Shown: in pieces, positions 10,075 through 19,133 of the stretch | Layout: each line of letters begins with the position of its first letter | Numbering within the stretch: the first letter of the stretch is position 1 | Assembly: GCA_963717115.1 (NCBI GenBank) | Contig: CAVQVO010000002.1 | Location: 640,497 to 704,496, forward strand | Length of the DNA stretch: 64,000 bases | Reading direction: 5' to 3' | Source: an uncultured Acidimicrobiales bacterium | Lineage (GTDB): Bacteria > Actinomycetota > Acidimicrobiia > Acidimicrobiales > SZUA-35 | Position numbers and translations under genes: made by a program | The notes under the pieces: model-generated | Seen by the model: the letters and a program-made list of their open reading frames with translations, nothing else | Databases searched by the model: none | Told to the model about the DNA's origin: nothing

Positions 10075-10075
10075 G

Positions 10076-11419
10076 TCAGCTGTGCTCCAGGTAGCGGGCC
10101 CGTTCCCAATCGTTGATGTCGTCGCCCTCACCGGCGTGCTCGGCGCCGAGCGCCACTTCGTGGGAGACGATCGATGCGAAGCTCGTCGAGAACACCGAGC
10201 CGAGCTGGTCGGCCAGGGCGCTGCCCTCGAAGGCCGCGAGCGAGGTGGCCAGATCGGTGGGGAGCGGCTCACAGTCACCGGGGTCGGTGTACAGATCGCC
10301 GTCGCGACGGGGGCGAAGGGGGAGGTTCCGTTCGATGCCGTCGCAGCCGGCGGCGAGGAGACCGGCGATCATGAGATAGGGGTTGGCATCGGCACCCGCC
10401 GATCGGAACTCGACCCGGTTGGCCGGCGACCCCGGTTCGACGATGCAGCGGGCCATCACGGTCCGATTGTCGAGTCCCCAATGGATGTGCGTGGGGCAGA
10501 ACGTGTAGGGCCGGACCCGGCGCGGACCGTTGACCGTCGGGGCGCCGAGCACCGCCAGGGCCGAGGCATGTTCCAGCTGACCGGCCAGCCAGTGGGCCAT
10601 GAGCTCGTTGGGCTCGTGCTCGCTGTCGGCGAAGGCATTGCTCCCGCCCCGGCCCCGCAGGCTCGTGTGGATGTGCATGCCCGAGCCCGACTGATCGGCC
10701 CAAGGTTTGGGCATGAACGTCGCTCGCAGGCCGTGGGAACAGGCGACCTGCTTGACGATGCTCTTGAACAGGGCCGTGGAATCGGCCATGGTCATCGCGT
10801 CGGTCGGACCGGTGTTGATCTCGACCTGGCCCGGCCCGTATTCGAGGTTCGACGATTCCACCTCGATCCCGGCTCCGGCCACGGCGTTGCGCATGTCGTG
10901 CAGCACGTCCTCGAGGTCGAGCCGCTGGGTGAGGGAGCTGTACTGGATGTCGGCCATGGCGAACTGCCAGTCGGGCGTGCACAGGTAGAACTCGAGCTCG
11001 GTGGCGACGTAGGGCTCGATCCCGAGCGCCGCGCACCGCTCGACCTGCGCTGCGAGCACGCTGCGGGGGGCGAGCGGATGGAGGTCTCCGTGGTGGTCGA
11101 GGGCATCGGCGAACGCGATCGCGTAGCCCGGCCGGTGGCTGAAGACCCGGGTGGTCGACACGTCGGGTACGAGCTTGCAGTCGAGGTAGCCCGAGTCCAT
11201 GTTGACGAACTCGTTCTCGGGCAGGTCGTTGAGGATGTCGAAGACGAACATCGCGTCGGCGATGTTGACCCCGGCATGGGCCACGGTGGCGAGGAAGCGA
11301 CCGATGGGCACCCGTTTGCCCCGCAGGTGCCCCTGGGTGTCGGGAGCGGCGACCTCGACGGTGTGCACGGCGCCGGTGGTGGCCAGCGTGGCCAGGTGCT
11401 CGAGGGACATCTCGTCCAT
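10076..11419 (-). CDS. glutamine synthetase family protein (gamma-glutamyl-amine ligase type, PuuA/GlnA3-like), GSL-1
   Basis: The start MDEMSLEHL (ATG 11419) follows AAGGAAG. The GS catalytic-domain motifs present are ELEFYL, EYGPGQVEIN, KPWADQSGSGMHIH and NRVEFRSAGADANPYL. Confidence 0.9.
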   Translation of the reverse strand: MDEMSLEHLATLATTGAVHTVEVAAPDTQGHLRGKRVPIGRFLATVAHAGVNIADAMFVFDILNDLPENEFVNMDSGYLDCKLVPDVSTTRVFSHRPGYAIAFADALDHHGDLHPLAPRSVLAAQVERCAALGIEPYVATELEFYLCTPDWQFAMADIQYSSLTQRLDLEDVLHDMRNAVAGAGIEVESSNLEYGPGQVEINTGPTDAMTMADSTALFKSIVKQVACSHGLRATFMPKPWADQSGSGMHIHTSLRGRGGSNAFADSEHEPNELMAHWLAGQLEHASALAVLGAPTVNGPRRVRPYTFCPTHIHWGLDNRTVMARCIVEPGSPANRVEFRSAGADANPYLMIAGLLAAGCDGIERNLPLRPRRDGDLYTDPGDCEPLPTDLATSLAAFEGSALADQLGSVFSTSFASIVSHEVALGAEHAGEGDDINDWERARYLEHS

Positions 11420-11444
11420 GGCGGGACTTCCTTTCGTGGATGAT

Positions 11445-11489
11445 GGTGGAGGCGGTCGGGGTGGAGGCGGTCGGGGTGGAGGCGGTCGG
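11445..11489. repeat. perfect 3 x 15-bp tandem repeat (GGTGGAGGCGGTCGG) in the 5' region of GSL-1
   Basis: I read this directly from the sequence. It is non-coding by my gene model, lying between the ACAD stop at 11530 and the GSL-1 ATG at 11419. Confidence 0.9.
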
Positions 11490-11529
11490 GGCGGGGTCGA
11501 TGCGGCGCAACGGCGGCTCGGTGTCGAGC

Positions 11530-12699
11530 TCAGTAGCTCTTGGGGAGACCCAGGGCCTTCTCGCCGAGGAAGGCCAGGATCAGGTTGTTGTTGATCGGAG
11601 CGACCTGGTAGAGCCGGGTTTCGCGCATCTTGCGCTCGACGTCGTACTCGGTGGCGAACCCGAAGCCGCCGTGGGTGTCGACCGCGGCGTTGGCCGCCGC
11701 CCACGACGCCTCGGAGGCGAGCATCTTGGCCATGTTGGCCTCGGCGCCGCACGAGGCCCCCCGATCGAACAGGGTGGCGGCCTTCCAGCGCATCAGGTTG
11801 GCGGCCTCGAGCTGGGCGTAGGCCTTGGCGAGGGGGAACTGCACACCCTGGTTGGCACCGATCGGGCGCCCGAACACGTGTCGTTCGCGGGCATAGGCGC
11901 TGGCCCGTTCGAGCAGGAAGCGGCCATCACCGATGCATTCGGCGGCGATGAGGATGCGTTCGGCATTCATGCCGTCGAGGATGTGCCGGAACCCCATGCC
12001 CTCGGTGCCGATGAGCGCATCGGCGGGGATCACGACGTCGTCGAAGAAGACCTCGGTGCTGTTGTGGTTCATCATGGTCTCGATGGGCTTGATGGTCAGC
12101 CCGGGGATCAGCTCGCCGTGTTCGTCGCGCATCTCGACGACGAACACCGACAACCCGCCGAGCCGATCGTCGACCTCGTCGATCGGGGTGGTGCGGGCGA
12201 GGAGGATCATCAGGTCGGAATAGAGCGCCCGTGAGGTCCAGATCTTCTGACCGTTGATGCGCCACGAGTCGCCGTCTCGTTCGGCCCGGGTCCGGATCTT
12301 CGTGGTCTCCGACCCGGCGGCCGGTTCGGTGACACCGAACGCCTGCAATCGGTAGGTGCCGTCGGCGACCTTGGGCAGATAGTGCTGCTTCTGCGTGTCG
12401 GACCCGTGCCGCAGCATCGTTCCCATCACGTACATCTGGGCGTGGCAGGCGCTGGGATTGCCACCCGACGCCGAGATCTCCTCGAGGATGACCGAGGCAC
12501 CGGCCAGGCTGAGACCGCCACCCCCGTACTCCTCGGGGATCAGGGCCCCGAGCCATCCGTGGGCCGTCAGGTCGGCGACGAACGCCTCGGGGTAGCGGTT
12601 GGGTTCGAGGCTGCGCCAGTACTCGTTGCCGTACTTGTCGCACAGCCGGCGGACCTCGCTGCGAATGACGGCGAAGTCCTCGGGTTCATCGAAGTTCAC
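11530..12699 (-). CDS. acyl-CoA dehydrogenase
   Basis: This is a 389-aa ORF with ACAD motifs GVTEPAAGSETT and QGVQFPLAKAYAQLEAA, and a C-terminal helical domain. A CAGGAG RBS is present. Confidence 0.95.
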   Translation of the reverse strand: MNFDEPEDFAVIRSEVRRLCDKYGNEYWRSLEPNRYPEAFVADLTAHGWLGALIPEEYGGGGLSLAGASVILEEISASGGNPSACHAQMYVMGTMLRHGSDTQKQHYLPKVADGTYRLQAFGVTEPAAGSETTKIRTRAERDGDSWRINGQKIWTSRALYSDLMILLARTTPIDEVDDRLGGLSVFVVEMRDEHGELIPGLTIKPIETMMNHNSTEVFFDDVVIPADALIGTEGMGFRHILDGMNAERILIAAECIGDGRFLLERASAYARERHVFGRPIGANQGVQFPLAKAYAQLEAANLMRWKAATLFDRGASCGAEANMAKMLASEASWAAANAAVDTHGGFGFATEYDVERKMRETRLYQVAPINNNLILAFLGEKALGLPKSY

Positions 12700-12808
12700 G
12701 TCGGCTCCTGTCGATATTCCATCAAATATACAAAATCCTCGTCGGTGGTTCCGGTGGATCGAACCGGTGCCCGTGCCTTCGGTGGGGCGTCGTTCGGTGG
12801 GCCGTCCC

Positions 12809-14661
12809 TCAGGCCGTGGTCCCGAGGTAGGCCGCCTGGACGTCGACGTTGGCCTGGACCTCGTCGGGTGTTCCCTCGGCGATCACCCGACCCTGGTCGA
12901 GGGCGTAGATGCGATCGCTGATCCCGGTGATGAAGTGGAGGTCGTGGTCGATGACCAACACGCCGGCACCGATGGTGGCCGCCATGTGACGGACCTGTTC
13001 GATCATCTCCCCGGACTCGGCATCGCTCATGCCGCTCGTCGGTTCGTCGAGGAGGAGGAAGTTCGGGCTCATGGCCGCGGCCCGGGCCAACTCGAGGCGG
13101 CGCGAGTTGCCGTAGTCGAGTTCGCCGGCCCGCCGATCGCGGTGGTCCCACAGACCGGCCTCGGCGATGAGGGAGTCGATGTCGGGCCGCACCCGGCCGG
13201 TGCGGTGTCTCTCGGCGACCCGGGCTGCGACCTCCACGTTCTCGCGAACCGTCAACGACGCGAAGAGGCGGAGGTTCTGGAACGTCCGGACGATCCCCGC
13301 CCGTGCGAGACCGTACGACGGCGTGCCGGTGAGGTCACGATCGGCCAGCCCGAAGCGACCATCGGTCGGGGCCACCATGCCGGTGATGACGTTCACGAGG
13401 GTGGTCTTCCCCGCTCCGTTCGGACCGATCAGACCGACGATCTCGCCGGTCGAGGCCCGCAGGCTCGCATGGTCGAGGGCCCGGAAGCCACCGAAGTCGA
13501 CCGTGAGGTCGGTGGCTTCGAGCGTGACCGGATTCGGATCGACCGTCTCGGGCAGGGGCGCGGGTCGGGTCTCGTTGCCCCGACCGAACCGCCGGTAGAG
13601 CCACTGATCGAGCTCCCAGTCGTCGAGGAGACCCGACGGCCGCAGGATCATGAAGCCGAGCATGGCCAGACCGAGGAAGATGTCGCTCAGACCCTCCCGG
13701 AAGACGACGTTGGCGATGGTGCCGTCGAGCCCGAGACCGAAGAACTCGTAGCCGGTGGTACCCAACCGACGGGTGATCTCGCGGCCGGCGGTGATGATCA
13801 CGACGCCGACGAGCGACCCGGAGATCGCCCTTGCGACCCCCGACGATCAGCATCACGAGCGTGAGGAGCGTGTAGTCGAAGAAGAAGAACTTCGGCGTGA
13901 TGTTGCCGACCGAGTAGACCCGCAGACTGGCGGCGACGGCCACCACGATCACCGAGATCAACAGCGCCGCCATCTGCTGAACCTGCGGGTCGACGCCCAT
14001 CGCCCGGGCCGCGAGATCGTCCTCCCGGGCCGCCTGGGCCAGCCGGCCGGGCCGGCTCTGGGCGAACAGCCGGGCGGTCACCAGGGCCAGCCACGAGCGC
14101 CAGGTAGATCGGCCAGCGGCTGTCGAGCGTGGTCCCGATGCTGAACGACAGGCCGGCCCGGTCACCGCCGGTGAGGTCGGTCCAGTTGATGGCGAGCTCG
14201 TGGGTGACGAACAGCAGGGCCAGGGTGATCACCGTGGCCGACACCGCACCCGACGACGCCCCGGATCGGGCCAGACCGAGACCGACCACCACGGCGACGA
14301 CGAGGGTGACCCCGACGGCCACGAGCCCGGCGACCGTCGGACTGAGGTGGACGTCGGCCAGGCCCCACGGGGCGTTGCGGATCACCGTGCTCTTGCGGGC
14401 CGGGGCGATGGCGAGAACGGCGAAGGCGTAGCCGGCCACGGCACCGAACCCGATGTGACCGAACGACAGCACGCCCGTGTTGCCGATGTAGATCTGGAGG
14501 CCGACCACCATGACGGCGTCGATCAGCATGGCCGTCACCAGCTGTTCGGACGAGCCGCCGATGACGGCGGTGTAGGCGAGCCCACCGAGCACGAGGATGG
14601 CGAACTGGGCGAGTGCTCCCCCGATGGGGAAGGCGAGGTCGCGGCGGGCGAGTCGGAACAC
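12809..14661 (-). pseudogene. branched-chain amino acid ABC transporter, fused permease (LivM-like) and ATPase (LivG-like); two +1 frame disruptions
   Basis: The LivM sequence is spread over three frames. These are 14661 to about 14090 (MFRLARRDLAFPIGG...SRWPIYLALV), about 14090 to about 13829 (LALVTARLF...LVMLIVGG) and about 13829 to 12809. The last segment reads ISGSLVGVVIITAGRE, then the LivG Walker A GPNGAGKTT, the LSYG-type signature and a Walker B LLLLDEP. The span is 1853 nt, which is 3n+2. Confidence 0.85.
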
Positions 14662-14662
14662 G

Positions 14663-15550
14663 TCAGACCCTCTCGGCTCGCCGCACGGTGATGAGCCCCT
14701 GCGGTCGGAAGATGAACAGGAGGGCGATCAGGGCGAAGACGACGCCGTCGGTCAGGCTGGCGACGCTCCCCGGGAGGTTCGATCGCAGGATCACCTCGGC
14801 CAGGCCGAGTGCGAAGCCGCCGAGCACGGCGCCCTTCAGCGAGCCGAGGCCACCGATCAGCGCGGCCAACACTCCCTTCAGCATCGGCGTGGTTCCCGCC
14901 CCGGGACTGGTCTGGCCGGCCCGCATCAGCCAGAAGACGCCGGCGATACCGGCCAGGAGGCCCGACAGGATGAACGCCCCGCGGATCACCCGGTCGGACT
15001 TGACCCCCATGAGCCGGGCGGTGTCGAAGTCCTCGGCCGCCGCCCGCAGCGACAGACCGAACATCGTCCGCTGCAGCAGCAGGGCCGTGAGGCCCAGGGT
15101 GATCAGGGTGACGACGATGACGATGAGGTCGAAGGTCTCGAACGAGATCGATCCGACCCGGAACGTGTCGGTGATCCAGCCCGTGCGGTCGAAGCTCTTC
15201 ACCGACGCCGAGACGTACATCAAGAAGCCGGCCTCGACCACGAAGTGCACACCGAACGAGGTGAGCAACATCGTGAAGTCCGGTGCGCCCCGCACCCACC
15301 GGAAGGCCACCTGTTCGATCACCACCGACGTGAGGATCGAGGTCACCAGGATCACGGGAACGATCAGGTACCACGACCGGTCGCTGATGAACATCCAGTA
15401 GGCCACGTAGCCGCTGACCGTGATGAGCTCGCCATGGGCGAAGTTGACGAGGTGCATCACCCCGAAGATCACGGCGATGCCGAGCGCCAGGAGCGCATAG
15501 ATGCTTCCCCGACCGAGACCGTCGACCAGGTTCTGGATGAGTTGGTTCAC
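14663..15550 (-). CDS. livH: branched-chain amino acid ABC transporter permease (LivH-like)
   Basis: This is a 295-aa ORF with the typical start MNQLIQNLVDGLGRGSIYALLALGIAVIFGVMHLVNFAHGE. It is polytopic. Confidence 0.9.
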   Translation of the reverse strand: MNQLIQNLVDGLGRGSIYALLALGIAVIFGVMHLVNFAHGELITVSGYVAYWMFISDRSWYLIVPVILVTSILTSVVIEQVAFRWVRGAPDFTMLLTSFGVHFVVEAGFLMYVSASVKSFDRTGWITDTFRVGSISFETFDLIVIVVTLITLGLTALLLQRTMFGLSLRAAAEDFDTARLMGVKSDRVIRGAFILSGLLAGIAGVFWLMRAGQTSPGAGTTPMLKGVLAALIGGLGSLKGAVLGGFALGLAEVILRSNLPGSVASLTDGVVFALIALLFIFRPQGLITVRRAERV

Positions 15551-15616
15551 GCGTCTGCTCCGGTCATTGGCAACCCGTCGGGTTGCTCGTTGGCGCTCGG
15601 GTCACCGGCTCGGACG

Positions 15617-16318
15617 TCACTTGCCGACGAAGGTGTCGAAGAGGTCGTCGCGCTCGAGGAGCTCGGACCCCGAGCCGGTGGCGACGACCTCACCGCTGCG
15701 CAGGACATAGGCCCGATCCGACACCCCGAGCATGCGGGTGGCGTTCTGCTCGACCACGAGCAGGGTGCGGCCCTGGTCGCGCAGTTTGGTGATGAGATCG
15801 AACACGACGTCGATCAGGATCGGGGCCAGGCCGAGCGACGGTTCGTCCATCATCAACAGCCGGGGTTTCGACATCAGGGCGCGGGCGATCGCCAGCTGCT
15901 GCGCCTCACCGCCCGACAGGTAGCCGGCCGAGGTGTTCCACTTCTCGTGGAGCACCGGGAAGAGTTCGACCATCTCGTCGAGCAGCGCGGCGCGATCGCC
16001 CGCCGAGGTCGTGACACCGCCGATCTTCAGGTTCTCGACGACGCTGAGATCGGTGAAGATGCGACGGTGCTCGGGCACCAGTGCCAGCCCGGACCGCAGC
16101 ATCTTGTCGGGGGTCCAGCCGGTGACATCGGTTCCGTCGAAACGGACCGTGCCCCCGGCCGGTCGGAGGAGCCCGGCGATGCTGCCGAGCAGGGTGGTCT
16201 TGCCGGCCCCGTTCGGTCCGATGAGGCCGACGACCTCACCGGACCGAACGTCGAGGCTGACATCACGAAGGGCCGAGATCGAACCGTATCGAGTGGTGAG
16301 TCCGGAGATCTCGAGCAC
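15617..16318 (-). CDS. livF: branched-chain amino acid ABC transporter ATP-binding protein (LivF-like)
   Basis: This is a 233-aa ORF with Walker A GPNGAGKTT, the signature LSGGEAQQLAIARAL and Walker B LLMMDEPS. Confidence 0.93.
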   Translation of the reverse strand: MLEISGLTTRYGSISALRDVSLDVRSGEVVGLIGPNGAGKTTLLGSIAGLLRPAGGTVRFDGTDVTGWTPDKMLRSGLALVPEHRRIFTDLSVVENLKIGGVTTSAGDRAALLDEMVELFPVLHEKWNTSAGYLSGGEAQQLAIARALMSKPRLLMMDEPSLGLAPILIDVVFDLITKLRDQGRTLLVVEQNATRMLGVSDRAYVLRSGEVVATGSGSELLERDDLFDTFVGK

Positions 16319-16321
16319 CGT

Positions 16322-17621
16322 TCATTCCCAGTTCGCGGCGAGGGTGTCGACGCCGTCGACGATCCGGTGGATCGAGACCGGCTTGACCGGGATGCCGTTG
16401 GTGCCGGCGTAGCCCATCTCGCCGGTGAAGCCGTCGAAGCCCGAGATCTGGGCGACGGCGGCCCCGATGCCCTCGGGATCGGTGCAGCCGCAGTCGGTGA
16501 TGCCCTGCAACCCGAGGAGCAGGGCGTCGGCGTAGAGACCGGCGAACGAGCCCGATTCGATCGGCTTGCCCTTGGCGGCCTCGTAGGACTTCAGGAGGAG
16601 ATCGATGCGACCACCCGGCTCGACGAAGGCGTGGGTGGTGTGGATGATGCCCTCGTTGTCGGCCTCGACCAGACCACCGGTGGCCTCGAACGCATCGGTG
16701 CCCATGTAGGTGAGCCCGTCGAGGCCCTGCCCTTCGAGCTGGCCCCGCAGCGCCGTCATCTGGAAGGCGAGCATCGCCGAATAGACCACCTCGGTGCCGT
16801 CGGCGACGCCGGCGACGGCATTCGCCTGGGCCGAGAAGTCGACGTCGTCGACCGGCACGTAGGTCTGGTCGAGGACGACCTCACCACCGCCCTCGGTGAA
16901 GACCTCGGTGAAGATCTCGGGGTTGTAGCCGAAGTACGGTCCGGGGCTCGAGAACGTGATCGCCCGCATGAGTCCCTGTTCGAGGGCGTACTCGGCGGCC
17001 GCCGTCGCCTGACGGGTGTCGTCGAAGCTCACGAGGTACGAGTTGGCGGCAACGTCGGGCAGGCTGGGCTCGGTCGAAGCAGCGAAGAAGACCGGGATCT
17101 TGCCCTGGGTGACCTGCAGCACCGGCTGCCCGAAGTCGGCGAACGGCGGGCCGATCATGAACATCGAACCGAAGTCGATGAGGTCCTGGGTGGCACGGGC
17201 CGTGACCTCGGGGTCGCCCTGGATGTCTTGGACCTGGGTCTCGACCGGCGAGCCGTTGAACCCGCCCGAGCAGTTGATCAGCTCGGCCAGGAACACCGCC
17301 GCCTCGCTGCCCGGGATGTCGGCGAAGCCCGACACCTCGCTGAAGTCCATCGCCAGACCGACCTTGATCGGTTCACCGGTCGGCGCCTCGGCGCAGTTGT
17401 CGAGATCGGCGGCCAGGACCGCATCGATGTCGAGCCCGGGAGCCGAGGCCTCGCCCCCGCCGTCGTCGGTGCCCCCGTCGTCGGTGCCGGCCGTCGTCGG
17501 TGGTGTCGCCCGTGGTTCCCGAATCGGTTCCGGTGTCGGCTCCGTCGCTCGAACTCCCCCCGCACGCAGCAGCGAGCATGGCCAGTGCGCACAGCACGGC
17601 CAGCAGTCGTTTGGATGTCAT
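16322..17621 (-). pseudogene. ABC transporter substrate-binding lipoprotein (Liv/amide-urea type); one +1 frame disruption
   Basis: The lipoprotein signal MTSKRLLAVLCALAMLAAAC (ATG 17621, RBS AAGGGGAG) is in one frame. The periplasmic-binding-protein body (16322-17484) is in another. The join falls inside a GTDDG repeat at about 17490 (GACGGCCGGCACC). The span is 1300 nt, which is 3n+1. Confidence 0.85.
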
Positions 17622-17771
17622 GGTCTCTCTCCCCTTGGTCATCACGATGTGACATTCTGCACGTCGGACAATTTGAATACAATAGACAATATGAACTCGT
17701 AACCGAGCGTTGACGAAGAAGCGCCCCGGGTGGTCAGGCCACCGCTCGTTCGATCACCGGCTCGGTGGCGA

Positions 17772-19019
17772 TCACCGGGGCACCACCGTCACCGGCAGGC
17801 GCTTGATCCCGGCGATGAAGTTCGACCGCAGGCGCGCCTCGTCCCCGGTCTGTTCCACCGACTCGATCCGCTCGAGGAACTCCTGGAGGGTGACGCGCAG
17901 CTCCATGCGGGCCAGCCAGGCCCCGAGGCACAGATGGGGTCCGCCCCGACCGAAGGCCATGTGATCGTTCGGGGTCCGTCGCAGGTCGAGCTCGTACGGG
18001 CGATCGAACTGGTCCTCGTCGAAGTCACCGGAGATGAAGTAGGTCACGACCTTGTCTCCGGCTGCGATCTTCTGACCCCGCAGCTCGACGTCGGTGGTCG
18101 CGGTCCGGCGGAAGTGCATCGTCACGGTGGTCCAGCGCAGCAGCTCGTCGATGGCGACGTTCCACTCCTCGGTCGACGCGTTCTGGAGCTGGGCGATGAG
18201 GTGCGGACGATCCATCAACGCCTTCAGGCTCCCCGCCATGGTGTAGCGGGTGGTGTCGTTGCCGGCGGCGACGAGGAGGGCGAAGAAGTTGTTGAATTCG
18301 TGCTCGGTGAGCTGCGACCCGTCGGTGGTGGTGGCGAGCAGCTGGGAGATGATGTCCTCGGTGGGGTCGGTGCGGCGCAGCGCGGCCTGCTGCCGGGCGT
18401 AGTCGAAGAGGGCATGGCCCGCCGGCGACCGGAACGGCATCATCCGATACTCGTCGGTGTCGGCCTGGTCGACGACGAAATCGGTGAAGTCGGGATCGCT
18501 GTTGCCGAGCAGTGCATCACCCAGCTCGACCAGCATGGGGCCATCGGCGTCGGGCGTACCCATCAACCGTCCGAGCATTCGCATCGGCAACTGCTTGGCG
18601 ACGGCCTCGACGAAGTCGAACGATCCCAGCGCCACGGCGTCGGCGGCGACCTCGGCGGCGAGCTCGCGGATCTGGTCTTCGTAGGCCTCGACCCGCTGAC
18701 GGGTGAAGCCCCGGCTCACCAGCCGGCGCAACCGGGTGTGCGACGGCGGGTCGTGTTCCATCATCGTGCGCCGCGCCTCGGTCTCCTCGGGCGTCATCTC
18801 CTCGAGCCGGATCCCCTGGGTCGAGGTGAACGTCGCGACGTCGCGGCTGACGTCGATGATGTCGCGGTACTTCGTGATGGCCCAGAAACCCGACCCGTCG
18901 GTCTCGTCGATCCACGAGACCGGGGCCTCGGCCCGCAGTCGTCGGAACTCGTCGTGTGGGACGCCGTCGACATAGGTGTCGTGTGCGGTGAGGTCGATCG
19001 ATGTGGTTTCCCCCGGCAT
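17772..19019 (-). CDS. cytochrome P450 (CYP124/125/142-like clan), P450-2
   Basis: The start is MPGETTSIDL. The heme loop is FGRGGPHLCLGAWLAR, the I-helix is VAAGNDTT and the ExxR is DELLRW. Confidence 0.95.
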   Translation of the reverse strand: MPGETTSIDLTAHDTYVDGVPHDEFRRLRAEAPVSWIDETDGSGFWAITKYRDIIDVSRDVATFTSTQGIRLEEMTPEETEARRTMMEHDPPSHTRLRRLVSRGFTRQRVEAYEDQIRELAAEVAADAVALGSFDFVEAVAKQLPMRMLGRLMGTPDADGPMLVELGDALLGNSDPDFTDFVVDQADTDEYRMMPFRSPAGHALFDYARQQAALRRTDPTEDIISQLLATTTDGSQLTEHEFNNFFALLVAAGNDTTRYTMAGSLKALMDRPHLIAQLQNASTEEWNVAIDELLRWTTVTMHFRRTATTDVELRGQKIAAGDKVVTYFISGDFDEDQFDRPYELDLRRTPNDHMAFGRGGPHLCLGAWLARMELRVTLQEFLERIESVEQTGDEARLRSNFIAGIKRLPVTVVPR

Positions 19020-19030
19020 GGGGCGGCATG

Positions 19031-19050
19031 ATAGTTTGGATCCAAACGAT
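19031..19050. promoter_or_regulatory. palindromic operator candidate, copy b (ATAGTTTGGATCCAAACGAT, 19 of 20 self-complementary) in the P450-2 / dioxygenase divergent promoter
   Basis: On the minus strand the motif is followed directly by TATCAT, then 7 nt, then the P450-2 ATG. It therefore overlaps the core promoter. Confidence 0.55.
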
Positions 19051-19133
19051 TGTCGACCGTTTCGGTGTCGACGGTCACAAGTCGCCACACCGGTCGGAAC
19101 ACCGTCGATCGGCCGAAGGGGAAGGTGGAACCC

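Noticed and set aside
11445-11489. A possible CRISPR-like array, suggested by the 15-bp x3 repeat, the 23-bp direct repeats at 20022/20060 and the 72-nt duplication at 4329.
   Set aside because: The repeats are too short or occur in only 2-3 copies. The 15-bp units are contiguous with no spacers, no cas genes are present, and the GC-rich low-complexity units do not resemble CRISPR repeats.
10076-11752. A long N-terminal extension of the GS-like ORF that encodes PPRPPPP repeats.
   Set aside because: A strong RBS (AAGGAAG) precedes the internal ATG at 11419, where homology-like sequence begins. The extension would also run across the stop of the upstream ACAD gene.
12747-12769. GGTTCCGGTGGATCGAACCGGTG, which looks like a tRNA T-arm (GGTTCGAA-like) or a degenerate copy of the GGATCC-centred palindrome.
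   Set aside because: No acceptor or anticodon stems can be drawn around it. As an operator it matches the consensus only at the central GGATC, so I did not count it as a fourth site.
17608-17616. A perfect left half-site TCGTTTGGA of the recurrent palindrome, overlapping the liv SBP start codon.
   Set aside because: Only one half is present, and it lies within coding sequence (atg aca tcc aaa cga). I mention it under the regulon finding but do not call it as a feature.
14597-17713. A 1038-aa plus-strand ORF, together with other very long ORFs: 5082..7139, 5965..7395, 28133..30070, 33379..35892, 45352..47418, 40843..41784 and the 5' part of 1212..4283.
   Set aside because: These are shadow ORFs produced by high GC content. 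Their translations are Arg/Gly/Pro/His/Asp-rich and of low complexity. Each lies antisense to, or out of frame with, a gene that has clear family motifs.
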